Below are positions 21,173-31,423 of a DNA stretch of 64,000 nt, one piece after another. Under the pieces are notes generated by a model. That model did no database searches. It was not told the DNA's origin and saw nothing but the letters and a program-made list of their open reading frames with translations. Position numbers and translations under genes: made by a program. Numbering within the stretch: the first letter of the stretch is position 1; every line of letters begins with the position of its first letter. The DNA is from Parasphingopyxis sp. (GTDB lineage: Bacteria > Pseudomonadota > Alphaproteobacteria > Sphingomonadales > Sphingomonadaceae), in the NCBI RefSeq assembly GCF_028279465.1, contig NZ_JANQNS010000003.1, positions 101,386-165,385 of the forward strand, given 5' to 3'.

Positions 21173-23002
21173 ATGCGCCATCTATTCTTGTTGTCCACCG
21201 GCGCCATGATTGCCGGCTTGGGTGCCGTCGCCGTGGCTCCACCAACCGCTTGGGCGCAGGCCGCCGAAGTCGAAGCGGCAGAGGACGCCGATGCAGCGCT
21301 CGCGGAGTTTTTCGAGGCCTTCGATCAGGCCGAACTGGAATTTTCGCCGCTGACGAAATCCTTTCGCGGCATTCGCGACGAGGATTATGGCGAATGGGGC
21401 GATTTCAGCGACGCCAATGCGGTCGCCGAGCAGGAGCGGCTGCTCGCTGCGCGCGATCAGATGCGCGCGCGCTTTGCCGATGCCGATCTCACCGAACAGT
21501 CGCGGCTGTCCTACCGGCTCTTCGAACGCATGGCCGAGCGCAGCACGGCCGCGTTCCAGTTTCGCGGCAATGATTACATCTTCGACCAGATGAATGGTGC
21601 GCAGAGCCAGTTGCCAGCGTTCCTCATCAACATCCATCGCGTGTCCGAACCCGAGCATGCAGAGGCCTATATCAGCCGGCTTCAGGGGCTTGGTCCGGCG
21701 ATGGATCAGCTGATCGCAGAAGCCGAAGCGCGCGAAGCCAATGGCGTGCTCCCGCCGGACTGGGTGTTTCCTTACGTGATATCGGATGCGCGCAACGTCA
21801 TCACCGGTGCGCCCTTTACCGAAGGCGAGGACACACCGCTCTATGCCGATCTGCAGAGCAAGGTGAACAGCCTTGAGATCAGCGACGAAGCGAAAGCCGA
21901 TCTGATCGCGCGGGGCCGCGCGGCACTGCTCGAATCCGTCGGCCCGGCCTATGAGCGGCTGATTGCCATGCTTGAACGCCAGCAGGCGAACGCGCCCGAA
22001 GAGGACGGCATATGGCGGTTCGACAATGGCGCGGACTATTATGCCGAACGGCTGCACTACTATACCACCACCGATCTGACAGCCGAGCAGATCCACCAGC
22101 TCGGCCTCGACGAGGTCGAGCGCATCCATGGCGAGATGCAGGCGATCATGGATCAGGTCGAGTTCGAGGGGACGTTGCAGGAATTCTTCACGCATGTGCG
22201 GACCAGCGACGAATTTTTCTACCCGACGCGCGAAGCCTATCTGGCGGATGCGCGGGCGACGATGGCGGCAATGGAAGAACGGCTGCCCGAATTTTTCGGT
22301 CGCCTGCCCCGGGCCGATGTGGTGATCCAGCCGGTCGAAGCGTTTCGCGAGCAATCGGCGGGCAAGGCGTTCTATCAAAGCCCGACGCCTGACGGGTCCC
22401 GCCCCGGCACCTATTATGTGAACCTCTACAATCTGCGCGATATGTCCCGCACCGAAATGGAGGCGCTCGCCTATCACGAGGCCGCTCCGGGCCATCACCT
22501 GCAGCGCGGGCTGCAGGTCGAGACCGAGGGCATCCCGTCCTTCCGGCGTTTCGGCGGCTTTACCGCCTATACCGAGGGTTGGGGCCTGTATGCGGAGGAA
22601 CTCGGCAAGGATATGGGTTTCTATACCGACCCCTATTCCGATTTCGGCCGGCTGGGGATGGAGCTGTGGCGCGCCTGCCGGCTCGTCGTGGATACGGGCC
22701 TGCATCACCTGCGCTGGTCGCGCGAGGATGCGATTGTCTATCTGCGCGAGAACACGCCCAATCCCGATGGCGATATCCGCAAGGCGATCGAGCGCTATAT
22801 CGTCTATCCCGGCCAGGCGACGGCCTATACGATCGGTAAAATCAAGATCATGGAATTGCGGCAGCGCGCGATGGATACGCTCGGCGAGAATTTCGACTGG
22901 CGCGGTTTCCATGATTCGGTGCTCGCGCCCGGCCCCGTGCCGCTCGATATTCTCGAGGAACAGGTTGATGCCTGGATCGGGAGCGTGAATGCCGGAGATT
23001 GA
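21173..23002 (+). CDS. DUF885 family protein (putative metallopeptidase)
   Basis: Signal peptide; HEAAPGHH zinc-binding-like motif. Confidence 0.7.
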   Translation: MRHLFLLSTGAMIAGLGAVAVAPPTAWAQAAEVEAAEDADAALAEFFEAFDQAELEFSPLTKSFRGIRDEDYGEWGDFSDANAVAEQERLLAARDQMRARFADADLTEQSRLSYRLFERMAERSTAAFQFRGNDYIFDQMNGAQSQLPAFLINIHRVSEPEHAEAYISRLQGLGPAMDQLIAEAEAREANGVLPPDWVFPYVISDARNVITGAPFTEGEDTPLYADLQSKVNSLEISDEAKADLIARGRAALLESVGPAYERLIAMLERQQANAPEEDGIWRFDNGADYYAERLHYYTTTDLTAEQIHQLGLDEVERIHGEMQAIMDQVEFEGTLQEFFTHVRTSDEFFYPTREAYLADARATMAAMEERLPEFFGRLPRADVVIQPVEAFREQSAGKAFYQSPTPDGSRPGTYYVNLYNLRDMSRTEMEALAYHEAAPGHHLQRGLQVETEGIPSFRRFGGFTAYTEGWGLYAEELGKDMGFYTDPYSDFGRLGMELWRACRLVVDTGLHHLRWSREDAIVYLRENTPNPDGDIRKAIERYIVYPGQATAYTIGKIKIMELRQRAMDTLGENFDWRGFHDSVLAPGPVPLDILEEQVDAWIGSVNAGD

Positions 23003-23099
23003 TTCGGCCCATGTCGATTCTGTCCAATACTGGCGGGCCGATCCCACCTAATGAGGTGGTGCGACCCGAAGCTTCCCCACCCGGGGAGGCTTAAGACTA

Positions 23100-23138
23100 G
23101 CGGCCCCGACAGGAAACTGTCGTGGGCCGCTTTTTTTT
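23100..23138 (+). terminator. rho-independent terminator
   Basis: 13-bp GC-rich stem (GCGGCCC-CGACAG / CTGTCG-T-GGGCCGC) with GAAA tetraloop followed by TTTTTTTT. Confidence 0.8.
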
Positions 23139-23201
23139 GTCGATAAATTGCGCTAGTCCCTGTGCCAGAAGCAAAAAACAAACAGCTTCGGGGCGCACAA
23201 C

Positions 23202-24065
23202 TTGACCGATTTGTCGAAATTCTCGCTGGAATTCGCACCGCCACCTGACGATCTTCAGGATCTGGTTTCCTCTTTTTATCATTTCGCGACCGAGGTCGAA
23301 GAGAGCAAGCCGACCGAACGCGCCGATCGCGCGCAGATACGGTTCCTGTTGCGCGGCAGCGGCGGTTATGAATTCTGCACCGGTGAATATTTCGATGCGG
23401 CACCGGTGAGCATCATAGGCCCCACGACAGGACCGACGGTTGGTCATATCAAGGGCGCGCCGGAGATATTCGGCATCGGACTGCAGCCGGCCGGCTGGGG
23501 TAGCCTGATGGGCGCCGACGCGGAGAGCCATATCAATCGCCTGATCGATGCGGCGTCCATGCTCGGCGATGGGGTAATGGACACGCATGCGGCGATCGGC
23601 GCCGCGGAAACGTTGGCCGAGAAAGTCGAAATCGCTTCGGACTTTGCCCGCGAACTGATGAAGGATGCCGAATCCTCGCCGATCTGGTTTACCCGGGTGG
23701 TCGATGAATGGCTCACCGCAAGCGCCTCTCCCGACATTAACGATCTGATCGAACAGTCCGGCCTCTCGAAGCGTCAGGTCGAGCGGATGACCAAACGCTT
23801 CTACGGCGCGCCGCCGAAGCTGCTGGCCCGCAAATATCGGGCGCTGCGTGCGGCGGCGCTACTCGTACGCGAGGATGGCGACGAAGAGGGGGAAGCGCCG
23901 GAAGACGCCTTTTACGATCAGTCGCACCTGATCCGGGAGATCAAGGAATTCACCGGCGTTACGCCCGGCAAGATGAAGAAGACGCCCGAAACGCTGACCA
24001 AGGATATTCAGGAACGGCGCAAGAAACTCGCGGGCAAGGTCAGCAAGATCGTCTCCGACACATAG
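23202..24065 (+). CDS. AraC family transcriptional regulator
   Basis: C-terminal AraC HTH (LSKRQVERMTKRFYG..., FYDQSHLIREIKEFTGVTPG); TTG start. Confidence 0.65.
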   Translation: MTDLSKFSLEFAPPPDDLQDLVSSFYHFATEVEESKPTERADRAQIRFLLRGSGGYEFCTGEYFDAAPVSIIGPTTGPTVGHIKGAPEIFGIGLQPAGWGSLMGADAESHINRLIDAASMLGDGVMDTHAAIGAAETLAEKVEIASDFARELMKDAESSPIWFTRVVDEWLTASASPDINDLIEQSGLSKRQVERMTKRFYGAPPKLLARKYRALRAAALLVREDGDEEGEAPEDAFYDQSHLIREIKEFTGVTPGKMKKTPETLTKDIQERRKKLAGKVSKIVSDT

Positions 24066-24150
24066 ATTGCACGCCAATACAGCCTTGATTTACAGCCGCT
24101 TTGCGCCCAAATGCCTAATCGGAACGAATCACTCCGATTAAGGATTGGGC

Positions 24151-24588
24151 ATGCGCTTATCCAGTATGGCAGATTATGCCGTCGTCACGATGCAGGCGGC
24201 CGCACAGCATTGCGGCGGCGCGCGCACGAGCGCGACCCAGCTTGCCGCAGAGACCGGTATTCCCCTGCCGACGACGCAGAAGCTCGTGCATCTGCTGTCG
24301 CGCAGCGGCCTGCTCAAATCGATCCGCGGCGCGGGCGGCGGCATTCAGCTTGCCCGCCCTGCTGCGGCCATCACCCTCGCCGATATCATCGAGGCCGTGG
24401 AAGGGCCGATCGCGATGACGGCCTGTGTCGAGCAGGGCAGCCATGATTGCGCGCTCGAACCGACCTGTCAGGTCAAACCGCATTGGGGCGTGGTGAACAA
24501 CGCCGTTCGCGGTGCGCTCGACAATGTCAGCCTGGCGAGCCTCGCCCATTCTTCACCCGCTCCCGTGACCGAAGGCGCCACAGCATGA
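24151..24588 (+). CDS. Rrf2 family transcriptional regulator (SUF-associated, IscR-like)
   Basis: Rrf2 HTH; Cys cluster C..C...C; directly upstream of sufB. Confidence 0.8.
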   Translation: MRLSSMADYAVVTMQAAAQHCGGARTSATQLAAETGIPLPTTQKLVHLLSRSGLLKSIRGAGGGIQLARPAAAITLADIIEAVEGPIAMTACVEQGSHDCALEPTCQVKPHWGVVNNAVRGALDNVSLASLAHSSPAPVTEGATA

Positions 24589-26090
24589 CCGATGAAACCC
24601 AGACCAAAGACGTCGAGGACGAAAAATTCCGCAACGAGGAGGCTTTCGAGGCCGCGAAAAAGGCGGAAACCTATGAATGGGGTTTCTCGTCCGATGTCGA
24701 GCAGGATTTCGCGCCCAAGGGGCTGAACGAGGACACGGTTCGCTTCATTTCGGCCAAGAAGAAAGAGCCCGAATGGATGCTCGAATGGCGGCTGAAGGCG
24801 TTTTGCCGTTGGCAGCAGATGGAAAGCCCGGACTGGGCGAAGCTCAACATTCCGCCGATCGATTATCAGGATGCGTATTACTATGCCGAGCCGAAGAAGA
24901 AGCCGACGCTGAAAAGCCTCGACGAACTCGATCCGGAAATCCGGCGGACCTATGAAAAGCTTGGCATTCCGATTGAGGAGCAGAAGGTGCTCGCCGGGGT
25001 CGAGGGCGCGCGCAAGGTGGCGGTCGATGCGGTGTTCGATTCCGTCTCCGTCGCGACCACGTTCCGCGAGGAACTGTCCAAGGCCGGCGTTATCTTTCTG
25101 TCGATCTCCGAAGCGATCCGCGAGCATCCCGAACTCGTCCGCAAATGGCTGGCCAAGGTCGTGCCCGTTCACGACAATTACTTTGCCGCGCTCAACTCGG
25201 CGGTCTTTTCGGACGGCACCTTCGTCTACATTCCCGAAGGCGTGCGCTGTCCGATGGAGCTTTCCACCTATTTCCGGATCAACGCCGAAAATACCGGCCA
25301 GTTCGAACGGACGCTGATCGTCGCGGAGAAGGGCTCCTACGTCTCCTATCTCGAAGGCTGTACCGCGCCGATGCGCGACGAGAACCAGCTCCACGCGGCG
25401 GTTGTGGAGCTCGTCGCGCTCGACGATGCGGAGATCAAATATTCGACCGTGCAGAACTGGTATCCGGGCGATGCCGAGGGCAAGGGCGGCATCTATAATT
25501 TCGTCACGAAGCGCGGGCTGTGCCAAGGCAGGAATTCGAAGATCAGCTGGACCCAGGTCGAAACGGGCAGTGCGATCACCTGGAAATATCCAAGCTGCGT
25601 GCTGAATGGCGAGAACAGCATCGGCGAATTCTATTCGGTGGCGCTCACCAATAACTATCAACAGGCCGATACGGGCACGAAGATGATCCACAATGCGCTA
25701 GGCACCCGCTCGACGATCATCTCCAAGGGCATCAGCGCGGGCAAGTCCGACAACACCTATCGCGGCCTCGTCCGCGTCGGGCCCAAGGCAGAAGGCGTGC
25801 GCAACTTTACGCAATGCGATTCATTGCTGCTCGGTGACCAGTGTGGCGCGCATACAGTTCCGTACATCGAGGTCAAGAATCCGAGCGCGCAGATCGAACA
25901 TGAGGCGACGACGTCCAAGATTTCGGACGACCAGATGTTCTACGCCCAGCAGCGCGGCCTTGATGAAGAGGAGGCGGTGGCGCTGATCGTCAATGGCTTT
26001 GCGAAAGAGGTGCTGCAGCAGCTTCCGATGGAGTTCGCCGTGGAGGCGCAGAAGCTGCTCGGCATCAGCCTTGAGGGGAGTGTCGGCTGA
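24585..26090 (+). CDS. sufB: Fe-S cluster assembly protein SufB
   Basis: 501 aa, highly conserved SufB sequence; start overlaps the Rrf2 stop (ATGA). Confidence 0.95.
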   Translation: MTDETQTKDVEDEKFRNEEAFEAAKKAETYEWGFSSDVEQDFAPKGLNEDTVRFISAKKKEPEWMLEWRLKAFCRWQQMESPDWAKLNIPPIDYQDAYYYAEPKKKPTLKSLDELDPEIRRTYEKLGIPIEEQKVLAGVEGARKVAVDAVFDSVSVATTFREELSKAGVIFLSISEAIREHPELVRKWLAKVVPVHDNYFAALNSAVFSDGTFVYIPEGVRCPMELSTYFRINAENTGQFERTLIVAEKGSYVSYLEGCTAPMRDENQLHAAVVELVALDDAEIKYSTVQNWYPGDAEGKGGIYNFVTKRGLCQGRNSKISWTQVETGSAITWKYPSCVLNGENSIGEFYSVALTNNYQQADTGTKMIHNALGTRSTIISKGISAGKSDNTYRGLVRVGPKAEGVRNFTQCDSLLLGDQCGAHTVPYIEVKNPSAQIEHEATTSKISDDQMFYAQQRGLDEEEAVALIVNGFAKEVLQQLPMEFAVEAQKLLGISLEGSVG

Positions 26091-26740
26091 TGCGGCGCTT
26101 TGCCTCTCTTGCCGCGTGCGTCGCTTTGGCTGCGCCGTCGGCGCTGTACGCGCAAACCGCGGATGAGGCGGATGGCGAAGTCAATCTTGACGCCATCGAC
26201 GCGCTGCTCGGCGATCAGGAGGTGACCGGCGACGACGATGCCGATACCGCGGAGGAAGAGACGGAAGACGCGGACGAAGCGTCTGAAGATGAGGACGCGG
26301 AAGACGGTAGCGAAGAGGCGGCCACAAACGAGGAAGACGCGCCCGAGCCGTCCGATCTTACGGTCGCCTTCAACGCCTATTCGCTCTGCTCGTCCGAAGC
26401 CGGCGCGGCGCTCGAGGAACAGGGCTTTGCGCTGGACCAGATCGGCGAGGAAGCATTGCTGCGTTGTTCGGGCCAGCGCGCCGCCTATGTGAACGCCTTC
26501 TATTTCAGTCTGTTGCCGCGCTATCCCGATGCACCGGAGGCGACGGTCCGCGCCAGCGCCGAGCGGCTGGTCGCGCAGTCCGATACGGCGTTGGCAGCGC
26601 TGGTTACCGGTGAGGTGACGGTCCTGCGTGCCGAACGCGAAGCGGAAGCCGAAACCGAAACCGCAGAAGATGCCGAACCGTCCGAAGACGATGATTCCGC
26701 GGACGAAGCAACCGAAGAAGAAACGGAAACTGATGCTTAA
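26090..26740 (+). CDS. hypothetical secreted, highly acidic protein embedded in the suf operon
   Basis: Signal peptide (AxA cleavage site); long D/E-rich tracts; 4 Cys; start and stop overlap sufB and sufC. Confidence 0.6.
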   Translation: MRRFASLAACVALAAPSALYAQTADEADGEVNLDAIDALLGDQEVTGDDDADTAEEETEDADEASEDEDAEDGSEEAATNEEDAPEPSDLTVAFNAYSLCSSEAGAALEEQGFALDQIGEEALLRCSGQRAAYVNAFYFSLLPRYPDAPEATVRASAERLVAQSDTALAALVTGEVTVLRAEREAEAETETAEDAEPSEDDDSADEATEEETETDA

Positions 26741-27482
26741 GATAGACAATCTCCACGCCGAAATCGGCGGAACCGAAATTCTCAAGGGCCTGAGCCTCGA
26801 AATCGCGGCTGGCGAAATCCACGCGATCATGGGGCCCAATGGTGCGGGCAAATCGACGCTCGCCTATGTGCTGGGCGGCCGCGACGGCTATGAGGTCACC
26901 CAGGGTTCGGCCACTTATGATGGCGAAGACCTGCTCGATATGGACCCGCACGAGCGGGCAGCGGCCGGGCTCTTCCTCGGCTTTCAATATCCGGTCGAGA
27001 TTCCGGGCGTTTCCAACGTCCAGTTTCTGCGCACGGCGCTCAATGCCCAGCGCAAGGCGCGGGGGCAGGAGGAGCTGTCCGGCGGCGATTTTCTGAAGCT
27101 CGCGCGCGAACAGGCGAGCGCGCTCAAGATGAATGCCGAGATGCTGAAGCGCGCCGTCAATGTCGGCTTTTCGGGTGGCGAGAAGAAGCGCAACGAGATG
27201 GTCCAGATGGGCATCATCGACCCGAAGCTCGCGATCCTCGACGAAACCGATAGCGGCCTCGATATCGACGCGCTGCGCACCGTGGGCGAGGGGATCAACA
27301 CGATTATGAGAAAGCCCGAAAAGGCCGTGCTGCTGATCACGCACTATCAGCGCCTGCTCGACGTGGTGAAGCCTGATTATGTGCATGTGCTGGTCGATGG
27401 CCGCATCGTCCGCACGGGCGGCGCGGACCTCGCGCACCAGCTCGAAGAGCAGGGCTATGAGGCGATAGCGGAAGCGGCATGA
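26733..27482 (+). CDS. sufC: Fe-S cluster assembly ATPase SufC
   Basis: Walker A GPNGAGKST; ABC signature FSGGEKKR. Confidence 0.95.
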   Translation: MLKIDNLHAEIGGTEILKGLSLEIAAGEIHAIMGPNGAGKSTLAYVLGGRDGYEVTQGSATYDGEDLLDMDPHERAAAGLFLGFQYPVEIPGVSNVQFLRTALNAQRKARGQEELSGGDFLKLAREQASALKMNAEMLKRAVNVGFSGGEKKRNEMVQMGIIDPKLAILDETDSGLDIDALRTVGEGINTIMRKPEKAVLLITHYQRLLDVVKPDYVHVLVDGRIVRTGGADLAHQLEEQGYEAIAEAA

Positions 27483-28240
27483 CCGAGACTCTCCAGCTTC
27501 CCACCCGTCGCGACGAGGCGTGGCGCTATGCCGATCTTGATGCGCTCGCGCCGGTCTGGCCCGATATCGCCGGCAAACGAGAGGAGATTCTCGTTTCCGC
27601 TGGCGAGTCCGCGAGCCGCCAGCTCATCCTCGAAGCCAGCGACCCCAATGTCGCGGTCGAGACGCTTGCGATCAGGCTGGAGAAGAATGCGCGCTTTGCA
27701 CTGCACTGCTTGGCCATTGGTGCCGACTATGGCCGCATTGCCGTTGAAGTGACCTTGGCCAAAGGCGCGCATTTCGAGCTGGGCGGGGCGATCCTCGGCA
27801 CTGGCGACCAGACGCTCGAAATCGTGACAGACGTTCGCCATATCGAGCCCGGCGGCACGAGCAATCAGGTCGTGCGCAGCGTGCTCGGCGAAACCGCGAC
27901 CGGCTCGTTCCTTGGCAAAGTGTCGGTCGCGCGCGATGCGCAGAAGATCGATGCATCGCAATCGGTGAAAGCCATGCTGCTCGACCGGACGGCGACAGCG
28001 AATGCCAAGCCTGAGCTCGAAATCTTCGCCGACGATGTGAAATGCGCGCATGGCGCAACGGTCGGCGAGCTTGATAAGCAGGCGCTCTTCTATCTCGCCT
28101 CGCGCGGCATCCCGCCCGCTGAAGCGCGGCGGCTGATGCTCCAGGCCTTCATCGCAGACGCCTTTGTCAGCCTCGAAGACGAAGCCGCGCATGATGCGAT
28201 CGAAGCCAAGGCGCTGGCCGTGCTGGAGGCGATCACATGA
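27479..28240 (+). CDS. sufD: Fe-S cluster assembly protein SufD (short form)
   Basis: SufBD-family C-terminal region; position in operon. Confidence 0.8.
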   Translation: MTETLQLPTRRDEAWRYADLDALAPVWPDIAGKREEILVSAGESASRQLILEASDPNVAVETLAIRLEKNARFALHCLAIGADYGRIAVEVTLAKGAHFELGGAILGTGDQTLEIVTDVRHIEPGGTSNQVVRSVLGETATGSFLGKVSVARDAQKIDASQSVKAMLLDRTATANAKPELEIFADDVKCAHGATVGELDKQALFYLASRGIPPAEARRLMLQAFIADAFVSLEDEAAHDAIEAKALAVLEAIT

Positions 28241-29451
28241 ACGTTATGACCGCCCCTGCACCGATAGACGTACGCGCCCATTTCCCGGGGCTCGGCGATA
28301 GCTGGCGCTATCTGGATACGGCGGCGACGGCGCAGAAGCCGCAAGCCGTTATCGACGCGATCGCATCCGGCTATGGCGAGAAATATGCGACCGTCCATCG
28401 CGGCGTCTATGCGCGTTCCGCCGATATGACACTGGCCTATGAAGCCGCGCGACGGCGGGTTGCCGACTTTATTGGTGCGGCGTCCGACAGCGAGATCGTT
28501 TTCACGCGGGGCGCGACCGAGGCGATCAATCTCGTCGCGCATAGCTGGGGAAACCTGAACGTTCGCGCAGGCGATCGGATCATGCTGTCGCAGCTCGAAC
28601 ATCATTCTAACATCGTGCCTTGGCAGCTGCTCGCCGAGCGTGTCGGCGCGGAGATCGACGTTGCGCCGCTGACCGAAGATGGCCGGATCGATCTCGAAGC
28701 CATGGCAGACATGCTGACCGAGCAGCACAAACTCGTCGCGCTCGCCCATGTCTCCAACGTGCTCGGCTCGGTGCTCGATGTGCGCCGTGCGGCGGACCTC
28801 GCCCATGGCGTCGGCGCGAAGCTGCTGCTCGACGGGTGCCAGGCCGTGCCGCGCCTCCCCGTCGATGTGCAGGCGCTGGGCTGCGATTTCTACGTCTTTT
28901 CCGCGCACAAGCTGTACGGCCCGACCGGGATCGGCGCGCTTTGGGCGCGCGGCGAGATACTGGACGCGATGCCGCCGTGGGAAGGCGGCGGATCTATGAT
29001 CGACAAGGTTGCTTTCACCGGCACGACCTATGCGCCGCCGCCCCAGCGCTTCGAGGCGGGTACCCCGCATATCGTCGGCGCGCTCGGCCTGCATGCGGCG
29101 ATCGACTATGTATCGGACATCGGCCTCGATGCGATCCACGCGACCGAGGCGACGCTCGTTGCCGAAACACGCGATGCGCTGTCGCAGATCAACTCGGTGC
29201 GCCTGTTCGGGCCGGACGACAGCGCGGGCATCGTCAGCTTCGGGATTGAGGGCGTTCATCCGCACGATATCGGCACGATCCTCGACGAAGAGGGCGTGGC
29301 GATCCGCGCCGGTCATCATTGCGCGCAACCGCTGATGGCCTATCTCGGGGTCGACGCGACCGCGCGGGCGAGCTTCGGCGTTTACAACAGCAGCGAGGAT
29401 GTGACGGCGCTCGTTTCGGGCGTCAAACGCGTCACGCGGATATTCGGGTAA
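28237..29451 (+). CDS. sufS: cysteine desulfurase SufS
   Basis: Class V aminotransferase; PLP Lys in SAHKLYGPTG; active Cys in AGHHCAQPL. Confidence 0.92.
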   Translation: MNVMTAPAPIDVRAHFPGLGDSWRYLDTAATAQKPQAVIDAIASGYGEKYATVHRGVYARSADMTLAYEAARRRVADFIGAASDSEIVFTRGATEAINLVAHSWGNLNVRAGDRIMLSQLEHHSNIVPWQLLAERVGAEIDVAPLTEDGRIDLEAMADMLTEQHKLVALAHVSNVLGSVLDVRRAADLAHGVGAKLLLDGCQAVPRLPVDVQALGCDFYVFSAHKLYGPTGIGALWARGEILDAMPPWEGGGSMIDKVAFTGTTYAPPPQRFEAGTPHIVGALGLHAAIDYVSDIGLDAIHATEATLVAETRDALSQINSVRLFGPDDSAGIVSFGIEGVHPHDIGTILDEEGVAIRAGHHCAQPLMAYLGVDATARASFGVYNSSEDVTALVSGVKRVTRIFG

Positions 29452-29462
29452 GGAGTCTTCGA

Positions 29463-29984
29463 ATGGACGAAGAACGCAAAATCATGGTCGAGGAGGTCGA
29501 TGCGGTCGATAAGCCCGCCAAGGCTCGCGTCGACGATGCAGCGGACGAGAAAGCCTATGTCGCCGCGCCGTCTCCGGCCGAGGCGGAAAGCGATGCTTCC
29601 AAGCTCGAACGCAAGAAGGATTATCTCGAAGGCTTTCTCGCTGGCCAGTCGTCGGACGAGAGCGACGCGGATACCGGTAGCGGCGATCTGCGCGCCGATA
29701 TCATCGAAGCGTTGAAGGAAATTTACGACCCTGAAATCCCGGTCAATATCTACGATCTCGGCCTGATCTACGGCGTCGAGGTTACGGACAATGGCGAGGC
29801 GGCGGTGGCGATGACGCTGACGACGCCGCATTGCCCGGTCGCCGAAACCATGCCGGGCGAGGTCGAGCTGCGCGTCGGCTCGGTGCCCGGGGTCGGCCAT
29901 GCCGAGGTCAATCTGGTCTGGGACCCGCCCTGGGACCCGGGTAAGATGACCGACGAAGCGAAACTCGAACTGGGGATGCTGTGA
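29463..29984 (+). CDS. sufT: SUF system Fe-S assembly protein (SufT / DUF59, MIP18 family) with acidic N-terminal extension
   Basis: DUF59 core (IYDPEIPVNIYDLGLIY...HCP); about 70-aa acidic leader. Confidence 0.8.
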   Translation: MDEERKIMVEEVDAVDKPAKARVDDAADEKAYVAAPSPAEAESDASKLERKKDYLEGFLAGQSSDESDADTGSGDLRADIIEALKEIYDPEIPVNIYDLGLIYGVEVTDNGEAAVAMTLTTPHCPVAETMPGEVELRVGSVPGVGHAEVNLVWDPPWDPGKMTDEAKLELGML

Positions 29985-30337
29985 TGACGACTACTGTCCG
30001 TGAAATTCCCACTGCGCTGACACTCACCGAGTCCGCCGAGGCGCGGATTGCGGAGCTGATGGCGAAAGCCCCCGAAAGCGCGATCGGCGTCAAACTCTCG
30101 ACCCCGCGCCGCGGCTGTTCGGGCCTCGCCTATTCGGTCGATTATGTCGAAACGGCCAATCCGATGGATGAGAAGATCGCGACGCCCGGTGGCGATTTCT
30201 ATGTCGACGGCGCATCGGTGCTCTATCTCGTGGGCTCGACGATGGACTGGAAGGAAGACGATTTCACCGCCGGTTTCGTCTTCGACAACCCCAATGCGAC
30301 CGGAAGCTGCGGCTGCGGCGAGAGCTTCACCGTCTAG
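29981..30337 (+). CDS. sufA: iron-sulfur cluster insertion protein (SufA/IscA, HesB family)
   Basis: C-terminal CGCGESF motif. Confidence 0.85.
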   Translation: MMTTTVREIPTALTLTESAEARIAELMAKAPESAIGVKLSTPRRGCSGLAYSVDYVETANPMDEKIATPGGDFYVDGASVLYLVGSTMDWKEDDFTAGFVFDNPNATGSCGCGESFTV

Positions 30338-30371
30338 TCGGAGCGTTGCAAAAGCTGCTAATGCGCTGGGC

Positions 30372-31352
30372 ATGAAATATGGTCTGATCCCATTCGCCAC
30401 GCTGGCTCTTGCCATCGCCTCCCCCGCCTTCGCCAATGACAGTACCGCCGAGCTGACGGCCGGCGGGCTCGTGCTGCGTCAGAGCGACACGATCGATATG
30501 CGCTCGGAAGACCTGTACATTTCGACCGAGCAAATCCGCGTCCGCTACACTTTTCATAATACGGCCGATGCGGATGTGACGACCATTGTCGCCTTTCCGC
30601 TGCCCGAACTCGCCCTCGACTATGAGGGCGATTACACCTTCCCCTCAGACTTCGAGACCGAAGTCGCCGGCCAGACGGTCGAGATGTCTGTCGAGCGCAA
30701 GGCGATGCTCGGGGAGACGGACCACAGCGCGATACTTGCCGAATATGGTTTGCCGCTCTCGCCCGAAGCGGATTGGGAGGCGTTCGAACAGGCACTCGAG
30801 CGGCTCAGCGATCCGCAGGCCGATCGTCTCCAAGCGCTGGGCCTGGTCGAGGTAAACCGCTATGAACGGAACGGCGAAACCCGGCGCTACATCCGCCCGC
30901 TCTGGACTGTGCGGCAGACCTATTATTGGGAGCAGGTCTTTCCGGCGGGAGAGAATCTCGAGATCGAACATCGCTATCGCCCTTCGGTTGGCGGAACGGC
31001 GGGGTCGGCCATCGGCAATCCCGATTTCATCGCCAGCGAATGGGGCCAGGAGATGGTCGCAGAATATTGCATGGACGCGAACTTCCTCGCCGGCGCGCGT
31101 CGGATGATGCAGCGCTCGGACTATGGCTATGTCGTCGAACGCACGCTCGGCTATGTGCTGACGACCGGCGCCAATTGGCGCGCACCGATCGGCGAATTCC
31201 GGCTGGTCGTCGACAAGGGCGATCCGCGCAATATCGTCAGCTTCTGCGGCAGCGGCCTCAACCGCCTCTCCCCCACCCAGTTCGAGATGCGCCGCACGAA
31301 CTGGCGGCCCGAGCAAGACTTGAGAGTCCTGCTCCTGTCGCCGGCGGAGTGA
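30372..31352 (+). CDS. hypothetical secreted protein (possibly DUF4424 family)
   Basis: Signal peptide; 326 aa; start chosen at MKYGLIPFATLALA. Confidence 0.5.
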   Translation: MKYGLIPFATLALAIASPAFANDSTAELTAGGLVLRQSDTIDMRSEDLYISTEQIRVRYTFHNTADADVTTIVAFPLPELALDYEGDYTFPSDFETEVAGQTVEMSVERKAMLGETDHSAILAEYGLPLSPEADWEAFEQALERLSDPQADRLQALGLVEVNRYERNGETRRYIRPLWTVRQTYYWEQVFPAGENLEIEHRYRPSVGGTAGSAIGNPDFIASEWGQEMVAEYCMDANFLAGARRMMQRSDYGYVVERTLGYVLTTGANWRAPIGEFRLVVDKGDPRNIVSFCGSGLNRLSPTQFEMRRTNWRPEQDLRVLLLSPAE

Positions 31353-31423
31353 GGATGGCCCGGAAGGCCTGATGCAAGAAAGGGCGCGGCATCGCTACCG
31401 CGCCCTTCCCCATTTGCGCCGCG

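Noticed and set aside
21182-23047. 621-aa ORF on - strand opposite the DUF885 gene
   Set aside because: It fully overlaps a gene with a clear signal peptide and metallopeptidase motif on the other strand. Composition is Arg/Gly-rich noise.
24447-24584. Upstream extension of sufB in the ORF track (start at 24447)
   Set aside because: The extension overlaps the Rrf2 regulator gene in another frame and is Arg-rich. A conserved SufB N-terminus begins at MTDETQTK (24585).
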